Shown here: positions 36,253 to 37,638 of the stretch, piece after piece
How the letters are laid out: every line of letters begins with the position of its first letter
Position numbering within the stretch: the first letter of the stretch is position 1
From: Octopus bimaculoides
Taxonomy: Eukaryota
Direction: 5' to 3'
Length of the DNA stretch: 37,638 bases
Assembly: GCF_001194135.2 (NCBI RefSeq)
Contig: NC_068998.1
Location: 14,179,594 to 14,217,231, forward strand
Position numbers and translations under genes: made by a program
The notes under the pieces: generated by a model
Told to the model about the DNA's origin: nothing
The model's input: only the letters and a program-made list of their open reading frames with translations
The model's database searches: none

Positions 36253-37177
36253 CAATGACGAAATAAGTGTAGTGGGTTGTCAGATTGGAAACAACGTTAA
36301 ATAGCATACGTTTTGGTATTTATTCTGGATCTTTACGCTCTGAGCTAAAACCACATCCCGATCGACTTTATCTTTCATCTTTTTGGATTCACTAAAGTCA
36401 AGAACTAGTCAAGCTCTGGAGTTGGTTTAATCGACTCGCCTCCTTCCTCCTAATTACAGACCTTCTGCCTAAATCAGAAATTATTAGTATTAAGGCATCA
36501 CATTTGTAGAGTCACATTAGTGTATCAATAAATAAATTGCAGTATTTTTCTGTCTTTACATTCCGAGTTCGATATTCGCCGAGATCAAATTATGTCACAC
36601 TTGGAACCAGAAGTATTTCGGAGTGATTGCTTGTTGTTAACTATAAAATGGGACAACTTGGTTATAGACCTATATTTAAACACGTTACACAATTACATTC
36701 CATAATGCAGCTAATAACATGTTGATAGTTGTAGGTTCCGTGTCACACTACATGTAACAGTTGCATTTTCGGAACATATCATTTCTCACCAAAATAACAT
36801 TGCTTATTACATGTTAATTTCAGCTTGATAACTATATCAAGCAGGTTACATATTGCTGCAAGTTTTCACATTTTCATTTTATGCGAAACCACAAAGCATT
36901 ATTATTTTTTAAACCTACATTTTTCTAAAATTGTCCATTCGTGATGTGTCTGTCAATCGATAAATCATCGGAATTTGGAATTGTTTTTGATTTCTAAATA
37001 TCGCATAAAAGATTATCAACTCCATCTACATTCCACATTCAAGCACCACCAAGAGGGATCTCGTCTTTGATCCATGCATATCAAACAAATGGAATAAGAT
37101 CTATGTAGTACTGAGTTGATTTACATTCTTAGTAAACATATTTTGGTGGTTCTTGTGCCAATGCATAGAATAATATA

Positions 37178-37596
37178 TCTATATAATAAAGCTCAACGTC
37201 TGTGTGTTTGTATATCTATAGGACGAAAGGGAGTAGAAAATATATAAAAACAAAGTATGTGTTCTCATGTAAAATTTCACGAGAAAGACGATAAGCTACA
37301 TAAAATTTACTTTCCATTGCGGTTAGGGGGCTTCAAGGGGGGCAAACAACACCTGTGAAATTTGAAATACCTCAGAGTTCAATGAAAATAACAACATAAC
37401 TACTAGGTACTACATAAAGACGATTTCCAACATTTCACCATTTTACAATATTATTTAATCCCCATAAAGGGGTTTATAAAACGGGACAGAGCCTCTTCGA
37501 AAGTGCAAATACATTCACTTTTTATGGAAGATACATAAAATTTAAGTATGTGTTCTTGGAATAAGTGTACTACAAAACTTCAACAATGCATATCTC

Positions 37597-37598
<2 letters not shown>
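37178..37598 (+). mobile_element. Putative non-autonomous Helitron 5' portion
   Basis: A|TCtatataataaagctcaacgtctgtgtgtttgt is a typical Helitron-N 5' end (TC start after A, TATAATAAA, tgtgt run); no 3' hairpin/CTRR identified. Confidence 0.35.

Positions 37599-37638
<40 letters not shown>

Overview
AT-rich, microsatellite- and SINE-dense animal DNA with ten N-gaps, consistent with a draft octopus (coleoid cephalopod) assembly. It contains no prokaryotic-type features. The only convincing intact gene segment is a minus-strand exon (5820-6860) encoding TM1-TM6 of a vasopressin/oxytocin-family GPCR that I recognise as the octopressin receptor (OPR). It has an acceptor 65 nt upstream of the ATG and a phase-1 donor after TM6. 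Neither the TM7 exon nor the 5' non-coding exon(s) could be located. The rest is intronic or intergenic: four tRNA-headed SINE families (my working labels S-A to S-D), several Tc1/mariner derivatives, a hAT dimerisation-domain relic, a C2H2-finger fragment typical of an RTE LINE end, Helitron-like pieces and a possible RNase H relic. The most unexpected items are a decayed histone H4 pseudogene (18348-18530) that the ORF track misses and an 818-bp fold-back Tc1/mariner element whose arms include inverted transposase-coding sequence (19582-20399). I found no support for a previously undescribed multi-gene system. All alignments were done by eye, and most ORF-track entries are gap or microsatellite artefacts.
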